This document shows, piece after piece, positions 59,844 to 64,000 of a stretch of DNA of 64,000 nucleotides; position 1 is the first letter of the stretch; every line of letters begins with the position of its first letter. The position numbers and the translations under genes were made by a program. The notes below the pieces were generated by a model. It saw only the letters and a list, made by a program, of their open reading frames with translations, had not been told where the DNA came from and searched no databases. Origin of the DNA: an uncultured Verrucomicrobiae bacterium (GTDB lineage Bacteria; Verrucomicrobiota; Verrucomicrobiia; Chthoniobacterales; Chthoniobacteraceae); assembly GCA_963836755.1 (NCBI GenBank), contig CAWIKF010000002.1:960001-1024000 (forward strand). The letters run 5' to 3'.

Positions 59844-59925
59844 ACATTGGGAAATCGATCTGCGCACTGCGGTTGCGCGCAGCGAAGCTTTGCATCCGCC
59901 TTTCAAATTTCGTATCCCACGACGC

Positions 59926-60282
59926 ATGATGACCGTGCGAAATCTCGAGGCGCAGACGCCTTTCACCACCGCGGACGGCTCGACGATCCGCAGCATTCTC
60001 GACTCCACGAACGCCCCGGTCGCGCATCAAAGTCTCGCCGAGGCGCGCCTGCCCGCCGGCTCCGCCACACAGCGGCATCATCACAAGGCGAGCGAAGAGT
60101 TTTACTTCATCCTCGAGGGCGAGGGGACGATGGAGCTCGATGGCGAGACGCGTGAGGTCGGCCCGGGCGATGCGATTTTGATCCCACCGGGCGCGTGGCA
60201 CACGATCACCGCGCGCGCCGATCTGCGGCTGCTCTGCTGCTGCGCGCCGCCGTATTCGCACGACGACACGTTTTTTGCCTGA
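59926..60282 (+). CDS. Cupin domain protein
   Basis: HHHKASEEFYFILEG, IPPGAWH. Confidence 0.85.
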   Translation: MMTVRNLEAQTPFTTADGSTIRSILDSTNAPVAHQSLAEARLPAGSATQRHHHKASEEFYFILEGEGTMELDGETREVGPGDAILIPPGAWHTITARADLRLLCCCAPPYSHDDTFFA

Positions 60283-60284
60283 GG

Positions 60285-62471
60285 CTAAAACGCGGGCGCG
60301 GCGGCGGGCTCGGGCGCGGGATCGACCCACTTCCCATGCTCGCGGATCAAGTCCTGGAGCCGATCGACGGCCTCCGCCTGCGGGATGTTGAATTTCACCG
60401 GCGTCTTGCCGACGTAGAGATTGATCTTCCCCGGCGCGCCGCCGACGTAGCCGAAATCGGCGTCAGCCATCTCGCCCGGCCCGTTCACGATGCAGCCCAT
60501 GATCGCGATTTTGACGCCTTTCAAATGCACCGTCGCAGCCTTGATGCGCGCCGTCGTTTCCTGGAGGTTGAAAAGCGTCCGCCCGCAGCTCGGGCAGGCG
60601 ACGTAATCGGTCTTGAAAATGCGCGAGCCGGCGGCCTGCAGGATGTTGTAGGAAAGGCGCAGCGCCTGTCCCGGCGCATCCTCGCCCTGCACCAAAATCG
60701 CGTCGCCGATGCCGTCGCAGAGGAGCGAGCCGATGTTCGTCGCGGCGGTCAGGAGCGTGGTGAGGAAATCCTGTCCGTCCCCTTTCGCGTTTGAAAACGG
60801 GAGCGCGGGCTTCCAGCCTGCTGCGTCCGGCATCCTGCCGGATGCATCTGCGGGCGCAGTCTCGACGGAGGAACCGGGCAGGGATGCCCGGTTCGGCAGG
60901 CTGGAAGCCCGCGCTCCCGGCAGAACATCTTTCAGCAAAATCGGGTGGCGCGCATCGAGCCGCGCGGCGAGCAGGCGGAAGGCGGCGATCACGGGCAGCG
61001 CGGTCGTGTCGGATACGGTGACTAAAAGCTCAGTTTCGCTTTGGTTCAGAGCGGCGAGGGCGGCTTCGTCGCGGGGATCGACTTCGCGGACATCGGCGTT
61101 TTCCACGACGATCTCGGGCTTGTAATCGCCCATTCGGTCGATTTTGTGCGCGATTTTCTCGAATTGCGCCTGCCGGATGAAGACACGGATCAGCTCCTCG
61201 CCGCCGAGCCGGACGCCGCCGCGGTCGAGCGTGGCAGTCGCGCGGCGTGTGTAGGAAAACGGGTCGTAGGAGAGGACGTCGAGCGGAACGGCTGGGTCGT
61301 TGGAAGGAACGGCGGGACCGTTGGAAGGAACGGCGGGACCGTTGGAAGGAACGGCGGGACCGTTGGAAGGAACGGTGGGACCGTTGGAAGGAACGGTGGG
61401 ACCGTTGGAAGGAACGGTGGAACCGTTGGAGGGAACGGTGGGACCGTTGGAGGGAACGGCGGGACCGTTGGAAGGAACGGTGGGACCGTTGGAAGGAACG
61501 GTGGGACCGTTCTCAACAGAGTAATTCGCCGTCTGCGCCTCGCTCGCGGACGCCGCGGGCGACATTTTCCCCTGTGACTGAAGCGCGTTGAACGGCGCGG
61601 CGAGCGCCTGCGCCACGGGAATCTCGTGGACGCTGTCTTCGGTGAGCGAAACGCGGATGGTATCGCCGATGCCGTCGCTGAGCAGTGAGCCGATGCCGAT
61701 GGCGCTTTTGATGCGGGCATCCTCGCCGTCGCCGGCCTCGGTCACGCCGAGATGGATCGGGTAATTCCAGTCCGCGCCTTCGTCATTGAGCCGGGCGACG
61801 AGCAGCCGATACGCCTCGATCATCACCTTCGGGTTGCTCGATTTCATCGAAAAAACAAAGGCGTGAAAGTCGAGGTCGCGCGCGATGCGGGCAAACTCCA
61901 GCGCGCTCTCGACCATGCCGAGCGGGGTGTCGCCGTAGCGGTTCATGATGCGGTCGCTCAGCGAGCCGTGGTTTGTGCCGATGCGCATGGCGACGCGGCG
62001 CGCCTTGCAAAGCTCGACCAGCGGCGTGAAGCGCTCGCGGATGCGGGCGAGCTCGGCGGCGTATTGCTCGTCGGTGTATTCGAGAATCTTGAACTTCTTG
62101 CTGTCGGCGTAATTGCCGGGATTGATGCGGACTTTTTCCACCCACTTCGCGGCTTCCATCGCGGCCTCGGGCTTAAAATGGATGTCGGCGACGAGCGGCA
62201 CGTCGCAGCCTTTTTCCAAAAGCCCGGCCTTGATGTGCTGGAGATTCGCGGCGTCCTTCACCGTCGGCGCGGTGATGCGGACAATCTCGCAGCCGACTTT
62301 CACGAGATCGAGCGTCTGCTGGATCGACGCCGCGGTGTCCATCGTGTCGCAGGTGATCATCGACTGGACGCGGATCGGGTTTTGCCCTCCGACGCCGACT
62401 TTGCCGACGAGCACCTCGCGCGTGGCGCGGCGCTGGTAGGTGAATGGGTTCGCGCAGTAGCTGGCGCTCAT
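60285..62471 (-). CDS. ispG: HMBPP synthase (IspG/GcpE), long form, with two in-frame repeat insertions
   Basis: VQSM, PLVADIHF, RINPGN, HLGVTEAG, GDTIRVSL, CPSCGR, MGCIVNGPGE. Confidence 0.96.
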   Translation of the reverse strand: MSASYCANPFTYQRRATREVLVGKVGVGGQNPIRVQSMITCDTMDTAASIQQTLDLVKVGCEIVRITAPTVKDAANLQHIKAGLLEKGCDVPLVADIHFKPEAAMEAAKWVEKVRINPGNYADSKKFKILEYTDEQYAAELARIRERFTPLVELCKARRVAMRIGTNHGSLSDRIMNRYGDTPLGMVESALEFARIARDLDFHAFVFSMKSSNPKVMIEAYRLLVARLNDEGADWNYPIHLGVTEAGDGEDARIKSAIGIGSLLSDGIGDTIRVSLTEDSVHEIPVAQALAAPFNALQSQGKMSPAASASEAQTANYSVENGPTVPSNGPTVPSNGPAVPSNGPTVPSNGSTVPSNGPTVPSNGPTVPSNGPAVPSNGPAVPSNGPAVPSNDPAVPLDVLSYDPFSYTRRATATLDRGGVRLGGEELIRVFIRQAQFEKIAHKIDRMGDYKPEIVVENADVREVDPRDEAALAALNQSETELLVTVSDTTALPVIAAFRLLAARLDARHPILLKDVLPGARASSLPNRASLPGSSVETAPADASGRMPDAAGWKPALPFSNAKGDGQDFLTTLLTAATNIGSLLCDGIGDAILVQGEDAPGQALRLSYNILQAAGSRIFKTDYVACPSCGRTLFNLQETTARIKAATVHLKGVKIAIMGCIVNGPGEMADADFGYVGGAPGKINLYVGKTPVKFNIPQAEAVDRLQDLIREHGKWVDPAPEPAAAPAF
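60799..60918. mobile_element. 120-bp palindromic REP/REPIN- or MITE-like element inside ispG
   Basis: Perfect 23-bp inverted repeats GGGAGCGCGGGCTTCCAGCCTGC (60799-60821, 60896-60918) enclosing two more hairpins. Confidence 0.8.
61285..61511. repeat. 21-bp tandem array GGAACGGYGGGACCGTTGGAA, about 11 units, inside ispG
   Basis: Counted directly; encodes (NGP[T/A]VPS)n. Confidence 0.97.
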
Positions 62472-62543
62472 TTGCTAAAAAAGTGCGCAGTCATTGGTGC
62501 CGAGAATAACGTGTTGCCGTGCCGAGTGCAACGAGTCCGGACT

Positions 62544-64000
62544 TCAGCGCGGCTGCTCGCTCGCGGCCGGTTTCGTGAATTTCATCGTGTCGCTTTTTCC
62601 TCCGAACAAGTCCTGCACGTCGAAGAACGCGATGTAGAGCATGAAGCCGATGATGAGCATCGCGCAGCCGGTCTGCACGATCTCGAGCACGCGGATATTC
62701 ACCGGGCGGCGGCGCACGGCCTCGACCACGGCGAGCGTGATGTGCCCGCCATCGAGCACGGGGATCGGCAGGAGATTGAGCAGCGCGAGATTGACGTTGA
62801 GCACGACCGAGAACCAAAGCGCCATGCGCCAGCCTTCCTTGCTTTCAAACATCAGATAGTAAATCCGCATCATCATCACGGGCCCTCCCATGTGCTGGAG
62901 TTTCACGTCACTTTTGCGCGAGGCAATGGCGCCGACGGTGCTGAAAATCGAGGTCATGCCCGCCTGGATCTGCTCGAGCGGCGACGGATGCAGCACGTGG
63001 AAGCGGCCGTATGCATCGAGCGAAATGCCGTAATCCATGTCCCACGCGATGCCGATGCGCGGCGTGGTCTCGCCGACGGGAAGCTCGGGAGTAACTTTGG
63101 TCTCAATCGTTTTGCCGTCGCGTAAAAGTGTGAGCGCGATGGTCTGGCCGCGATGCGCCTTGATGTAATCGGTAATGGCGAGCGCGCTCTCCATTTTGTG
63201 CCCATCGACTGCGGCGACGACATCGCCTTTTTGCAAGCCGGCTTTTTCCGCGGGGCTGCCGGCGATGACGGTGTCGATCGCCGCGCCGCCGGGATTGAAT
63301 GTCAGCTGCACCGGCGCGCCGTTGCGCTCGACGGTGAGCGCGAGGCTTTCGCCCTGATGCTGCTCGATGAAAGTCGGCAGTTGATCGATGTGATAAAGCG
63401 GTTGGCCATCGACTTTCGTGATCAGGTCATTCCGCTGCAGCCCGGCAGCGGCGGCGGGCGAATGGGGCTCGACCTTGGCAACCATCGGCGTTTGCGCGGG
63501 CTCGATCTCGATTTGCCGCAGCGCCTTCCGCGACCACGCGCGGGTATCGGGGATGAGCGGCTTCGGGTAAAGCGTAAGCTCTTTTTGCTCGCCGTTGACG
63601 TCGCGCTCAACTTTGACGGGGATCGACGCGCCTTCGCTGCGAACGATGCGCCACGTGACGCTATCCTCGCGCATCCCGCCGAAGCGCGTGACGGGCTGGC
63701 CATCGACGGCGAGAATTTTGTCGCCAGCCTGCAAGCCAGCCTTCGCGGCGGGTGAATCGGGAACGACATAGCCAATCGTCGTGGTCGCTTCCGCTTCGCT
63801 CACCGGCCGGCCAATTGCCCAGACGACGAAAGCAAAAAAGATCGCGAGGCCGAAGCTGAAAACCGGCCCGGCAAATGCGACCAAAATTTTGTCCAAGGCG
63901 CTGATCGGCGGCAGCGCCTCGCGCGGGATATCGACTGCGCCCTCGAGCATTTCCATCGGCGCGAGCTGCGGCAGCGCGACGAAGCCGCCGGCGGGAATGG
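62544..64000 (-). CDS. rseP: RIP metalloprotease RseP with multiple PDZ domains (5' end outside window)
   Basis: PAGGFV, AGP, PDZ repeats, NLLPIPVLDGG; upstream of ispG. Confidence 0.9.
   Translation of the reverse strand, partial: IPAGGFVALPQLAPMEMLEGAVDIPREALPPISALDKILVAFAGPVFSFGLAIFFAFVVWAIGRPVSEAEATTTIGYVVPDSPAAKAGLQAGDKILAVDGQPVTRFGGMREDSVTWRIVRSEGASIPVKVERDVNGEQKELTLYPKPLIPDTRAWSRKALRQIEIEPAQTPMVAKVEPHSPAAAAGLQRNDLITKVDGQPLYHIDQLPTFIEQHQGESLALTVERNGAPVQLTFNPGGAAIDTVIAGSPAEKAGLQKGDVVAAVDGHKMESALAITDYIKAHRGQTIALTLLRDGKTIETKVTPELPVGETTPRIGIAWDMDYGISLDAYGRFHVLHPSPLEQIQAGMTSIFSTVGAIASRKSDVKLQHMGGPVMMMRIYYLMFESKEGWRMALWFSVVLNVNLALLNLLPIPVLDGGHITLAVVEAVRRRPVNIRVLEIVQTGCAMLIIGFMLYIAFFDVQDLFGGKSDTMKFTKPAASEQPR

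Noticed and set aside
61285..61511. CRISPR array or intein in ispG
   Set aside because: No spacers, and no Cys/Ser...His-Asn splicing motifs; it is a simple in-frame tandem repeat.

Overview
Gene-dense, roughly 60% GC bacterial chromosome segment. Gene content and protein features suggest Verrucomicrobia (Chthoniobacterales-like), which is an inference. 1-9.7 kb is the distal S10-spc-alpha ribosomal cluster (rpsC end to rpsD, with secY, adk and map); rpsN, rpmD, infA, rpoA and rplQ are absent from it. Next come a GH26 + GH18/CE4/GT2 polysaccharide locus, TatD, a lipoprotein MsrA, a ThDP enzyme/enolase/FAD-FeS oxidoreductase operon, an orphan MdtC-type RND permease and a lower-GC sugar-acid catabolic block (SDR, GH88, cupin, Gfo/Idh/MocA, eda, kdgK). 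The rest holds a cyclase+FabF pair, glgP, tamB-tamA, sufE, moxR, hisI-trpE-trpG, thiD, purD, an S41-like protein, a GH75 chitosanase, ispG and partial rseP. No rRNA, tRNA, CRISPR array or transposase was seen. Most notable: (1) a candidate ribosome-mediated attenuator with leader peptide MIFSHWRI (adjacent His and Trp codons) upstream of the mixed hisI-trpE-trpG operon; (2) ispG carrying two in-frame inserts, a 120-bp palindromic REPIN/MITE-like element and an 11x21-bp array; (3) a second 21-bp array between sufE and a DUF6194-like gene; (4) a terminator-like leader before rpmJ-rpsM-rpsK-rpsD. Four genes carry single frameshifts, each fixable by removing one base, which is most likely assembly error.
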